NCBI GenBank assembly: GCA_963829075.1
Contig: CAWHHH010000008.1
Span: 290,936-330,935 of the forward strand
Direction of reading: 5' to 3'
DNA from: an uncultured Alphaproteobacteria bacterium
Lineage (GTDB): Bacteria > Pseudomonadota > Alphaproteobacteria > Rhizobiales > Beijerinckiaceae
Length of the DNA stretch: 40,000 bases
The position numbers were made by a program, and so were the translations under genes. Each line of letters opens with the position of its first letter. The stretch's first letter is position 1. Under the pieces are notes generated by a model that was not told the DNA's origin, did no database searches, and saw only the letters and a list, made by a program, of their open reading frames with translations. Shown here in pieces: positions 18,362-26,247 of the stretch.

Positions 18362-19066
18362 TTAAGCGGTGCTGTCGTTGCTCAGAAGCTGGTCCCTAGG
18401 CGGTAATTTGCGGACACGCGGTTCGAAAACCCGTAAGAGTTTTGCAAGCTGCTCGACGAGCCATCCATGTTGCCGAGGCCAATCGCTCTCATCCAGAGGA
18501 TCGCCGTCGATAGGAGCGACCATGACGCGGTAATTTTTGTCTGGCTTAACGCAGCGCCAGTCCAGGTCACCGCCGTATTCAGTCTCGATCTGGGTTCTCT
18601 CCGCCTCAAGGAATTCAAACACTAAACGAGGAATAGGTGGCGGGACGGTGGCGCAGCTTACATATGCGCCGATCTTCTTGGTGGCGACTTCTCGGTACAC
18701 ATAGAGATAAACGCCATGGGGCGCGCTTATTGTGAAGGTACAGAATCCCATCCGCGGTGGCTCGGAGCGGATTTTCAGTGGCAGGCCACTTTTCATCAGC
18801 TCTTCCGAGAACGCCCCCCAGTACGCGACGCGGTTTACGTCGATGCCCTCCGGGTCTTGCCTTCGCGCGGGAGTTGTCGGAGGGTGTTCAATTTGTTCTG
18901 GAGCAACGATCACCTCGAAGCTAGGCGCCTTCTCGCTCGCCCCAATTTGCCAGGCTTCGATCCGGCAGGCGAAAAAACCAATCTCTTTCTCGAGGTGTTT
19001 GTTGAGCCATTTCATGGCGTTTTGGTGCTCCTCGCGGAAATCTTCCGCCAACTGATCCACCCCCAT
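18362..19066 (-). pseudogene. 5'-truncated DUF4268-family gene; first codons supplied by the IS3 terminal repeat
   Basis: The C-terminal half (VNRVAYWGAFSEEL...EYGGDLDWRCVKPDKNYRVMVAPIDGDPLDESDWPRQHGWLVEQLAKLLRVFEPRVRKL) fits DUF4268. The N-terminal segment (AEDFREEHQNAMKWLNKHLEKEIGFFACRIEAWQIG) looks like the middle of a longer protein. The ATG and the next 11 nt (19053-19066) lie inside the IS left inverted repeat. Confidence 0.65.
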
Positions 19067-19117
19067 TGAACGGGTCCACCTTGAAGTATGTCTTCGGACA
19101 GGAAAAGGAGGACCGTT

Positions 19118-19396
19118 ATGCCGAGGAAGAGACCGACGCCCGAGGAGATCGTCGCGAAGTTGCGCCAGGTCGATGTGCTGGTTTCACAAGGGAAAAGCGT
19201 CGCGGACGCCGTGCGCTCGATCGGAACGACCCAGGTCAGTTACTACCGACGGCGCAAGGAGTTCGGGGGGTTGAAGGCGGATCAGGTCAAGCGGCTGAAG
19301 GAGCTTGAGGCGGAGAACGCCCGGCTGCGGAAGGCGGTGTCGGATCTGACGCTGGACAAGATGATCCTGGCGGAGGCTGCTCGGGGAAACTTCTAA
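19118..19396 (+). CDS. IS3-family transposase OrfA (HTH / leucine-zipper part)
   Basis: AAGGAGGA (19104-19111) lies upstream of ATG 19118. The 92-aa product MPRKRPTPEEIVAKLRQVDVLVSQGKSVADAVRSIGTTQVSYYRRRKEFGGL...LKELEAENARLRKAVSDLTLDKMIL is typical of IS3 OrfA. Confidence 0.92.
   Translation: MPRKRPTPEEIVAKLRQVDVLVSQGKSVADAVRSIGTTQVSYYRRRKEFGGLKADQVKRLKELEAENARLRKAVSDLTLDKMILAEAARGNF
19384..19390 (+). promoter_or_regulatory. Candidate -1 programmed ribosomal frameshift heptamer G GGA AAC (orfA to orfB)
   Basis: In the orfA frame the codons are CGG GGA AAC TTC TAA, so G_GGA_AAC fits the X_XXY_YYZ pattern. After a -1 slip the reading is GKLLSPARRRACIDHVRSRMNVPERRVCRVLGQHRSTQRR, continuous with orfB. 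The -1 frame is open from 19309. Confidence 0.6.
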
Positions 19397-19440
19397 GCCC
19401 CGCGCGTCGCCGCGCCTGCATCGATCACGTTCGATCCCGG

Positions 19441-20298
19441 ATGAACGTGCCCGAGCGCCGAGTTTGCAGGGTGCTCGGGCAGCATCGCTCAACGCAGCGC
19501 CGTATTCCGACGGGGCGAGAAGATGAAGAACGGCTCACAGCCGACATCATCGAACTCGCTCGTCAGTATGGCCGCTACGGCTATCGCAAGATCGCGGAGA
19601 TGCTGCGAACGAGAGCGGGCTGGATCGTCAACGACAAGCGGGTCGAGCGCATCTGGCGGCGCGAGGGGCTGAAAGTTCCGGCCAAACAACCCAAACGAGG
19701 CCGTCTATGGCTCGCCGATGGATCCTGCGTGCGTCTGCGCGCCGAACGGCCCAATCACGTCTGGTCATACGACTTTGTGGAGGATCGCACCCATGACGGG
19801 AGAAAATATCGCATGTTGAACATCGTCGACGAGTTCACGCACGAATGCTTGGCCATTCGGATCGATCGCAAACTCAACTCGACCGCGGTAATCGACGTGC
19901 TGTCCGATCTGTTCATTCTGCGCGGCGTGCCCGTGTATGTTCGTTCCGACAATGGGCCCGAGTTCATCGCCAAGGCGGTTCAGGACTGGATCGCGGCCGT
20001 CGGCGCAAAAACCGCCTACATCACGCCTGGCAGCCCATGGGAGAACGGCTTCATCGAGAGCTTCAATGCGCGCCTGCGCGATGAACTGCTCGACGGCGAG
20101 ATTTTCTATTCGCTTAAAGAAGCGCGTGTCGTGATTGAAAGCTGGCGGCGTCACTACAACACCGAGCGTCCGCATGGATCATTGGGCTACAAGCCTCCTG
20201 CACCGGAGGTCTTCATACCTGGCTTTGCCGTGCGGGCGGCTGCGCAACCCCAACCAGCTCCGCCGCCCGCACTCGCGCAGAGGCCCACAATGCACTAA
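19441..20298 (+). CDS. IS3-family transposase OrfB (DDE/rve integrase core), probably expressed as an OrfAB fusion
   Basis: 285 aa from the first ATG. The rve-domain motifs are present: WSYDFV...LNIVDEFTHECL...VRSDNGPEFIAKAV...PGSPWENGFIESFNARLRDE...YNTERPHGSLGYKPP. Confidence 0.93.
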   Translation: MNVPERRVCRVLGQHRSTQRRIPTGREDEERLTADIIELARQYGRYGYRKIAEMLRTRAGWIVNDKRVERIWRREGLKVPAKQPKRGRLWLADGSCVRLRAERPNHVWSYDFVEDRTHDGRKYRMLNIVDEFTHECLAIRIDRKLNSTAVIDVLSDLFILRGVPVYVRSDNGPEFIAKAVQDWIAAVGAKTAYITPGSPWENGFIESFNARLRDELLDGEIFYSLKEARVVIESWRRHYNTERPHGSLGYKPPAPEVFIPGFAVRAAAQPQPAPPPALAQRPTMH

Positions 20299-20477
20299 CA
20301 TACCAACTGGACCCGTCGCTGGGGGCCGATCACTTCGGTAAGGGAGGGGCCATGATTGTTCCTCGAAAATCTTCGACGAACCATTATCGGAGGCAAAGAT
20401 CGCTTTTTGTCAACGAAAGTTCCGGTCAGTCGCCGCGAGCGGCGACGGCGAGCCATTGATTGCATGGTGGCGATTAT

Positions 20478-20570
20478 GCGTGAGGGCGATTTGAACTCAA
20501 GGACCGCGCTACGCGGCCGCCGGCGGCGGCGGCCCGAGGGGCCGTCCTTGACTTCAAACCGCCCTCACGC
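20478..20570. other. 93-nt long-stem imperfect hairpin / miniature inverted-repeat structure
   Basis: The 5' arm GCGTGAGGGCGATTTGAACTCAAGGAC (20478-20504) pairs with the 3' arm GTCCTTGACTTCAAACCGCCCTCACGC (20544-20570) at 25/27 positions. The 39-nt GC-rich interior itself contains short palindromes (GGCCGCC..GGCGGCC). It lies between the IS3 right end and the stop of the 124-aa ORF. Confidence 0.6.
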
Positions 20571-20651
20571 GGCGCTCCGCCATGCAATCCAATGGCGAAA
20601 TCCAATCGCAGCTTGCGGGAAAGAAACGTCGAGCGCGCGTGGGAACCGACT

Positions 20652-21026
20652 TTATTTCCGCTCTTGCGCTTTCTCGTCGTGCAGTAGCGTCTTCTTATGC
20701 TTGCCGATCGCCTCGTGAAGATGGGCATAGCTGACGATGCGGTAGACGGCGCGCGCGATATTGCCGCCGCCGACGTTGCAAATGATCACGGGTCCGTTGT
20801 CGCTGGCGAACGCCTTGGTGTGCGCGCTGAGCCAATCGTGATTTTCGATCGTCGTTTCGATGCGGCAATCCTCGGGAAGCTCGATGCCCATGCCTTTCAG
20901 GCACTTTCGGGGATCCTTCAGGAAGTCCAGATATTCCGCAGGTGTGCATTCCCAAAAATGCAAATGGAAGGGCTCTTTCTTGATGATCTCGGAGCGGGCC
21001 GACAGATCGACGATTTTCGAGGGCAT
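20652..21026 (-). CDS. Hypothetical protein (124 aa), no family recognised
   Basis: A strong Shine-Dalgarno motif AGGAGGAA lies 3 nt upstream of the ATG (rc of 21030-21037). GC is lower than the core genome (31/60 hand-counted in 20941-21000). Sequence: MPSKIVDLSARSEIIKKEPFHLHFWECTPAEYLDFLKDPRKCLKGMGIELPEDCRIETTIENHDW...ICNVGGGNIARAVYRIVSYAH. Confidence 0.6.
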   Translation of the reverse strand: MPSKIVDLSARSEIIKKEPFHLHFWECTPAEYLDFLKDPRKCLKGMGIELPEDCRIETTIENHDWLSAHTKAFASDNGPVIICNVGGGNIARAVYRIVSYAHLHEAIGKHKKTLLHDEKAQERK

Positions 21027-21253
21027 GACTTCCTCCTATGGCATTGTTTCTGCATCCGAAACTCGAAACTCAAACAATGATCCCGTGTTCCGGAAGAGGC
21101 ACGAAAACGGCAAGAGTCAACGCAAACTTCGTCTGAAAGTTCCCTCGCGAAGGCGTCCAGCGCCCGGCAACGACCGGAAAAACCGCTCCCGACTTTCAAA
21201 CCGCCGTCGCGCGACGCTCCAGCGTGCGTAAGACCTCAATCGTGGTCTTGCGC

Positions 21254-21544
21254 TCACAGATGCTGATCGTAATCCATGCGCTGATGCAGGATGCGCACGA
21301 TTTCCACGCCGGTTGGACGCGCTCGATAAAACAAAACATGCGAGCCAATCGAATATTTTCGATAGCCGGGACGAATCTCATTGCAAGGCCGTCCTCGGCG
21401 TGGGTCTTCGGCGACGGATCGAATCGCGTCTCCAATGCCCCGAACGTAGCGCTCGGCCTGATCGAGACCCCACCGCGACAGCGTGTAATCCCAAATCTCG
21501 TCGAGGTCCTTTTGCGCACGCGGCGTGAGCACCGCGCGCATCAT
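21254..21544 (-). CDS. parE: Type II toxin ParE (ParE1/3/4 family)
   Basis: 96 aa. [69 protein letters not shown]...[12 protein letters not shown] is canonical ParE. The ATG overlaps the parD stop (ATGA). Confidence 0.9.
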   Translation of the reverse strand: MMRAVLTPRAQKDLDEIWDYTLSRWGLDQAERYVRGIGDAIRSVAEDPRRGRPCNEIRPGYRKYSIGSHVLFYRARPTGVEIVRILHQRMDYDQHL

Positions 21545-21792
21545 GCCTTCTTCGCCGCGCGAGCGCGCTTCTTCGCGATAAAGTCCTCGATGTCGACCGG
21601 CGTCGCCTCGCCGCTTTCCTCGCCTTCGATCAAAGCGGCGCGCAGCGCAGCGAGCTTGGTCTCCCGCTCCTCGAGGAGCCGCAAGCCTGCACGCACCACA
21701 TCGCTCGCCGAGCCATAGCGTCCGCTCGCGATCTGCTCTTTGACGAAGGCGGCGAAATGATCGCCCAGCGCAAAGGAGGTGTTCTTGGCCAT
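21541..21792 (-). CDS. parD: Type II antitoxin ParD (ParD1/3/4, ribbon-helix-helix)
   Basis: 83 aa. [54 protein letters not shown] is the canonical COG3609/ParD sequence. Confidence 0.9.
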   Translation of the reverse strand: MAKNTSFALGDHFAAFVKEQIASGRYGSASDVVRAGLRLLEERETKLAALRAALIEGEESGEATPVDIEDFIAKKRARAAKKA

Positions 21793-21885
21793 GGTGAGGC
21801 TCCCCTAGCCGAGATTACCAAAAATCGGTAACGCGGGAAAGCGCCTGAGCGCCCGCCTTGGGCGGGGAGGGGGCCTGGCGAAGCC

Positions 21886-24184
21886 TCAAGCCCTGCGCTC
21901 CAGCGTCGCCGGCGCAACCGGCGAGAAGGGCGGGGCGAGATCCTTGAGCCGCATGGGCGGCGAGAACAGGAAGCCCTGGATGAGAAAAATGTCGCGTTTC
22001 GCGAGGCAGGCCAATTGCGCATTCGTCTCGACGCCTTCTGCGACGACGTCGATGTCGAGCTTTCTTGCCAGAAGCGCGATCGCCTCGACGATCGCCTGCG
22101 TCTTCGGCGAGTCGGTGATCTCTTTGATGAAGGAGCGATCGATCTTCAGCTTCTTGACCGGAAACCGATTGAGATAGTTGAGGGAGCTAAATCCCGTGCC
22201 GAAATCGTCGAGCGACAGATGCACGCCGATGGCGTTGAGCGCCTTGACCTTGAAGGAGACGTCGTCCGTGTCGAGCATCAGAATCGAACTCGGTGATCTC
22301 GAGCTCGAGCCGCGCCGGCGGCAGGCCCGTTTCCGCCAAGGCGGCTTTCACGACGTCGAGCAGATTGGGTTGCTGAAACTGTTTTGGCGACAGATTGACC
22401 GCCACCCGCACGTCGCTCGACCATGACGCCGCGTCCCGGCAGGCATGGCGCAGCATCCATTCGCCGAGCGCCACGATCAATCCGGTTTCCTCCGCGACAG
22501 GGATGAATTCGGCCGGCGAGACGAGGCCGCGGATCGGGTGGGCCCAGCGGACCAGCGCCTCGCAGGCGGTGACCCTCTGGGTGCGGGCGTCGATGATCGG
22601 TTGATAGAAGGCCAGGAGCTCGTCGGCGCCCAAGGCGCGGCGCAGCTCGGCCTCGATGCGACGCTTGGCGATGAGCGCCTCTTCCATCGCCTGCGTGAAC
22701 CACAAGGCGACGCAATGCCCGTCCGCCTTCGCGTTATACATCGCGAGATCGGCGCATTTTAGTAGCCCCTCGGCAGAGGAGGCGTCTCCGGGGGCCACCG
22801 CCAGCCCGATGCTCGCGCCGATCAGGATCGTATGGCCGTCGATGAAATAGGGTTTTTTCACCTCGTCCAGAATCTGCTGGGCGACAGCGTTGGCTTCGGC
22901 TTCGCCGCGCGACGCGTCGAGCAGAATGCAAAATTCGTCGCCGCCGAAGCGCGCGACGAGATCGACGGGCTGGACGGCTTGGAGCAGGGTCTGCGCGACG
23001 GCGCGCAGCAGCAAATCGCCGACGGAATGTCCGAGCGTGTCGTTGACCTCCTTGAAACGATCGAGGTCGACGCTGAGGACCACGAGCTGCCTGCCGTGCT
23101 GCTCGATGCGCTTCAGCTCGCGCTCCAGCCTGTTCTTGAACTGCAGGCGGTTTGGCAGGCCGGTGAGTGTGTCGTGATGCGCGATATGCTCGATCTTGCT
23201 GACCGCCTGTCTTCGCGCCGTGACATCCTCGATGACCGTCACGAAGCGCCCGGCCTCGGCCGCCTCGCAGCGGAACTCGAAAATGCGGTCGCCGGCCTGA
23301 TGCGAAAACTCCCTCGCGTGCTGGAGCAGCGCGTGCTCTCTCCAACATTCGGCGAAGCGCTTTATGTCCGCGTCGGACATCTCGGAATTTTTGCCGATCG
23401 CCGCCGCCAGCGCTTCCAAGGAGATTGGCGTTGAAAGCTCCTCGATGTTGAACAATTGCTTCATGCGCCGGTTGACCACCGTAATTTGCAGTTCGCTATC
23501 GCCCATGCACAGGCCATGCGTCATGTTGTTGAGCGCGACGGAAAACATCTTTTTTTGAAAGACCGCCTCGTAGCCGTTGCGGAGCGCCGCCTCGAGATTC
23601 TTGTGCAGGAAAACCGTCGTCGATCGGATCGAGATCACTTCGAGGACGAGAATGACGGTCAAAATCCTGTATTGCGCATCATGGTCGAACAGCGTGACGG
23701 CGATGAGGGGGCCGCAAAGGCCCAGGAGCTGCACGAAGACGATTTTCGGGGAACCGGCGTTTCGGCCCGAGAGAGCGCCAACTCCAGCCAGCATGATCGT
23801 ATTGGCGAAGATGAAGAAATTGCCGCCGTGGAATTCATAGAAAATGATGGCTGTCGAAACGCCGACTGTCGTCACGAAGCCGATGGCCCCCGCGGCGTAA
23901 AGGATCTCCCATTTGCGCGCTTCGCGTCGTCTCTCCGCCAAGGGGCGACCCTGATGCCAGCTCCAAATTGCCAAGCGAAAGCCGGCGAGGATGGCGAGCA
24001 GGATGGCGAGGAAAAGGAACACCTTTTCCCCCGTCATGAACCAGGTGGCCGCCGGAGGGACGCCGCCGCCGATCAAAGCGACGATGAAGGAGCCGCGCGT
24101 GTCGAAGAGGGTCTCGACGAGATCGCTGTGAATCTCCCGGGAAGCCGGTGATTCGTGCGCTTGGTCGAGATCGATGCGATCCAT
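21886..24184 (-). pseudogene. Membrane-anchored PAS-GGDEF-EAL signalling protein, EAL domain interrupted by a 1-nt frameshift
   Basis: The upstream frame carries TM segments, a PAS-like region, GGDEF (ARFGGDEFCILL) and the start of EAL (LAFYQPIID...CEALVRW...LELEITE). The downstream frame (ORF 21886-22278) continues [43 protein letters not shown]. Removing one T from GAG-T-TCG (plus-strand AA at 22287-22288) restores [13 protein letters not shown]. The start is uncertain; ATG 24184 was chosen because the further-upstream part of the ORF is Arg-rich. Confidence 0.8.
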
Positions 24185-24478
24185 CTTTAAGCTCGGCAGC
24201 TCCAAAAGGAGCCGCCGTCCGCCGAGCGCGGCGCGCAGTCGCCACTCGATCCGGGCGACGCGTCCCGCGACGACGGGGTCGGCGGCCTTGCGGACAAACG
24301 AGTTTTTTAGAAGTCGGGGACCCCTTGCAAAGAGTTTGGGCCGCAAGGCTTGCGCCGGGCTGGCGAGATGGCCGCCGCCGTGCTTTTCACTGGAATGCAG
24401 GCGCTTGCGGCGCACTGCGAGAGCGCGCGTCGCGAGAAAGGACAATCGCGATGAAAACGCGCCCCCCGCGCGAAAAAC

Positions 24479-25669
24479 TCACGCGGCCTTCGCCTTCTCC
24501 ATCATCTCGACGAAGCGGCGGAAGAGGTAGTGGCTGTCCTGCGGGCCCGGCGAGGCTTCGGGGTGGTGCTGCACCGAGAAGGCGGGGCGGTCGGTGAGCT
24601 CGATGCCGCAATTCGAGCCGTCGAAGAGCGAGCGATGCGTCTCCTTGGCGTTTGCCGGCAGCGTATCGCGATCGACGGCGAAGCCGTGGTTCATCGAGAC
24701 GATCTCGACCTTGCCGGTGGCAAAATCCTTGACGGGATGATTGGCACCGTGATGACCCTGCAGCATTTTCTTCGTCCTCGCGCCGACTGCGAGCGCCATC
24801 ATCTGATGGCCGAGGCAGATGCCGAAGGTCGGGATCTTCTTCTCGAGCAGCGCTTGGATCACGGGCACGGCGTATTTGCCCGTCTCGGCCGGGTCGCCCG
24901 GGCCGTTCGAGAGAAAGACGCCGTCGGGATGGAAGGCGAGAATCTCGGAAGCGGGCGCAGTGGCGGGCGCCACGATCACCTCGCAGCCGGCCTCGGCCAA
25001 AAGGCGCAGGATGTTGCGCTTGACGCCATAGTCGATCGCGACGACGCGCAACTTCGGCTCTCCCTCGCGCGCGCCATAGCCTGAGCCCAGCCGCCAGCGC
25101 GTCTCGCGCCAGTCGAAACGCTCCTTGGCGCCGACCGACGGCACGAGGTCCATCCCGTCGATTCCCGGCCAGGCGGCGGCCTCGGCGTGCAGCTTTTCAA
25201 GATCGAATCGGCCGTCCGGCGCATGCGCGATCACGGCGTTGGGCATGCCCTTGTCGCGGATGAGCGCGGTCAGCGCGCGCGTGTCGATCCCATAGAGGCC
25301 GACGATCCCGCGCGAAGAGAGCCAGTCGGCCATCGGTCTTTGCGCACGATGACTGGAGGGTTCCGTGGGCTTCAACGCGAAGATCGCGCCGAGCGCGCCG
25401 GCGCTGCGCGAGAAATCGACGGTCTCTATGTCCTCGTCATTCGCGCCGACATTGCCGATATGCGGAAAGGTGAAGGTGACGATCTGCCCGGCGTAGGAGG
25501 GATCGGTGAGGATCTCCTGATAGCCGGTCATCGCCGTGTTGAAGCAGACCTCTCCGACCGCCGCGCCTTCAGCCCCGACGCCGAAGCCTTCGAAAACCTC
25601 GCCCGAGGCCAGCACCAGCACGCCCGTCTTCACAGGCTTGGTCCAACCCTGTTCTTTTCCTTGATCCAC
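24479..25669 (-). CDS. carA: Carbamoyl-phosphate synthase small (glutamine amidotransferase) subunit
   Basis: 396 aa with a GTG start. GEVCFNTAMTGYQEILTDPSYAGQIVTFTFPHIGNVG is the CarA N-domain. The GATase catalytic motif is FGICLGHQMMA ... HHGANHPV ... SVQHHPEA. Confidence 0.95.
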   Translation of the reverse strand: MDQGKEQGWTKPVKTGVLVLASGEVFEGFGVGAEGAAVGEVCFNTAMTGYQEILTDPSYAGQIVTFTFPHIGNVGANDEDIETVDFSRSAGALGAIFALKPTEPSSHRAQRPMADWLSSRGIVGLYGIDTRALTALIRDKGMPNAVIAHAPDGRFDLEKLHAEAAAWPGIDGMDLVPSVGAKERFDWRETRWRLGSGYGAREGEPKLRVVAIDYGVKRNILRLLAEAGCEVIVAPATAPASEILAFHPDGVFLSNGPGDPAETGKYAVPVIQALLEKKIPTFGICLGHQMMALAVGARTKKMLQGHHGANHPVKDFATGKVEIVSMNHGFAVDRDTLPANAKETHRSLFDGSNCGIELTDRPAFSVQHHPEASPGPQDSHYLFRRFVEMMEKAKAA

Positions 25670-25755
25670 GCTCGCGCCCGCTCTATGCCCGTCGTCCGTC
25701 CCGGCGAGGGCTTCGCCCCCGGTCTAATATAAATGTCTCTTCGAGGGGAAAGGCC

Positions 25756-26205
25756 ATGCGCGAAAAACTGAAAGAGGACCTCAAGATCGCGATGAAGGCG
25801 GGCGAGCGCCAGAAGGTCGACGCGCTGCGGCTCATCGACGCCGCGCTGAAGGATAAAGACATCGAGGCGCGGGTTTCCGGCGGAACGGTCTCCGACGCCG
25901 ACGTGCTCGCCGTGCTTCAGAAGATGATCAAGAGCCGCCAGGAGTCGCTCGATATCTATGAGAAGAACAACCGTCCCGATCTCGCCGAGAAGGAGCGCAG
26001 CGAGATCGCGGTGATTACGAGCTATCTTCCCGCGCAGCTCGGCGAGGCCGAGGCCGCCGAGGCGATCAAAGCGGCGATCGCCGAGACCGGCGCCAGCTCG
26101 ATCAAGGACATGGGCAAGGTCGTGGCCGCGCTCAAGGCTAAATACGCCGGCCAGATGGATTTCTCCAAGGCGAGCGCGGCGGTGAAGGCGGCGCTGTCGG
26201 GCTAG
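25756..26205 (+). CDS. GatB/YqeY domain-containing protein
   Basis: 149 aa. MREKLKEDLKIAMKAGERQKVDALRLI...AVLQKMIKSRQESLDIYEKNNRPDLAEKERSEIAVITSYLP...MGKVVAALKAKYAGQMDFSKASAAVKAAL is typical of the YqeY family. Confidence 0.9.
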   Translation: MREKLKEDLKIAMKAGERQKVDALRLIDAALKDKDIEARVSGGTVSDADVLAVLQKMIKSRQESLDIYEKNNRPDLAEKERSEIAVITSYLPAQLGEAEAAEAIKAAIAETGASSIKDMGKVVAALKAKYAGQMDFSKASAAVKAALSG

Positions 26206-26214
26206 AGCCGAGCT

Positions 26215-26246
26215 GCGAGCCTGGAGGCTCGCTGCGCCGCCGCAGC
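26215..26246. terminator. Two adjacent GC-rich hairpins between convergent genes (no T-tract)
   Basis: GCGAGCC tgga GGCTCGC (26215-26232) followed by GCTGCG ccgc CGCAGC (26231-26246). They lie between the yqeY-like stop (26205) and the metal-binding protein stop (26248). Confidence 0.35.
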
Positions 26247-26247
26247 G

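Larger units (their letters stand above)
19053..20332 (+). mobile_element. IS3-family insertion sequence (1280 bp), apparently intact
   Basis: Terminal inverted repeats with TG...CA ends: left TGATCCACCCCCATTGAACGGGTCCA (19053-19078) versus rc of right TGATCGGCCCCCAGCGACGGGTCCA (20332-20308). orfA and orfB are in the 0/-1 frame arrangement. I found no flanking direct repeat. Confidence 0.88.

Noticed and set aside
20545-20575. GACTTCAAA motif resembling the tRNA-Sec (UCA) anticodon loop, as a possible tRNA-derived attachment site
   Set aside because: The flanking bases do not form an anticodon stem (CCTTG vs ACCGC), and no acceptor or T-arm sequences are present. The motif is part of the 3' arm of the long hairpin instead.
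20356-20718. 120-aa plus-strand ORF between the IS and the 124-aa gene
   Set aside because: It spans the long hairpin and overlaps the 3' end of the better-supported minus-strand ORF. Its translation is Arg-rich (RRERRRR, RGRRRRRP) and it has no RBS.
21186-21220. Short similarity between 20549-20578 (GACTTCAAACCGCCCTCACGCGGCGCTCC) and 21191-21220 (GACTTTCAAACCGCCGTCGCGCGACGCTCC), plus a shared GAAAGTTCC upstream, as possible direct repeats flanking the 124-aa ORF
   Set aside because: The match is only about 24/30 with a gap, and the spacing between the two shared segments differs (about 134 vs 56 nt). My rough estimate is that a match of this quality is not clearly beyond chance in 40 kb of GC-biased DNA.
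22187-22300. Programmed frameshifting or a deliberate two-gene split for the EAL domain
   Set aside because: There is no slippery heptamer at the junction (GAGTTCG). The break falls inside a conserved catalytic motif (EITES), and the downstream fragment lacks an RBS. A simple 1-nt indel, either a mutation or a sequencing error, is the parsimonious explanation.
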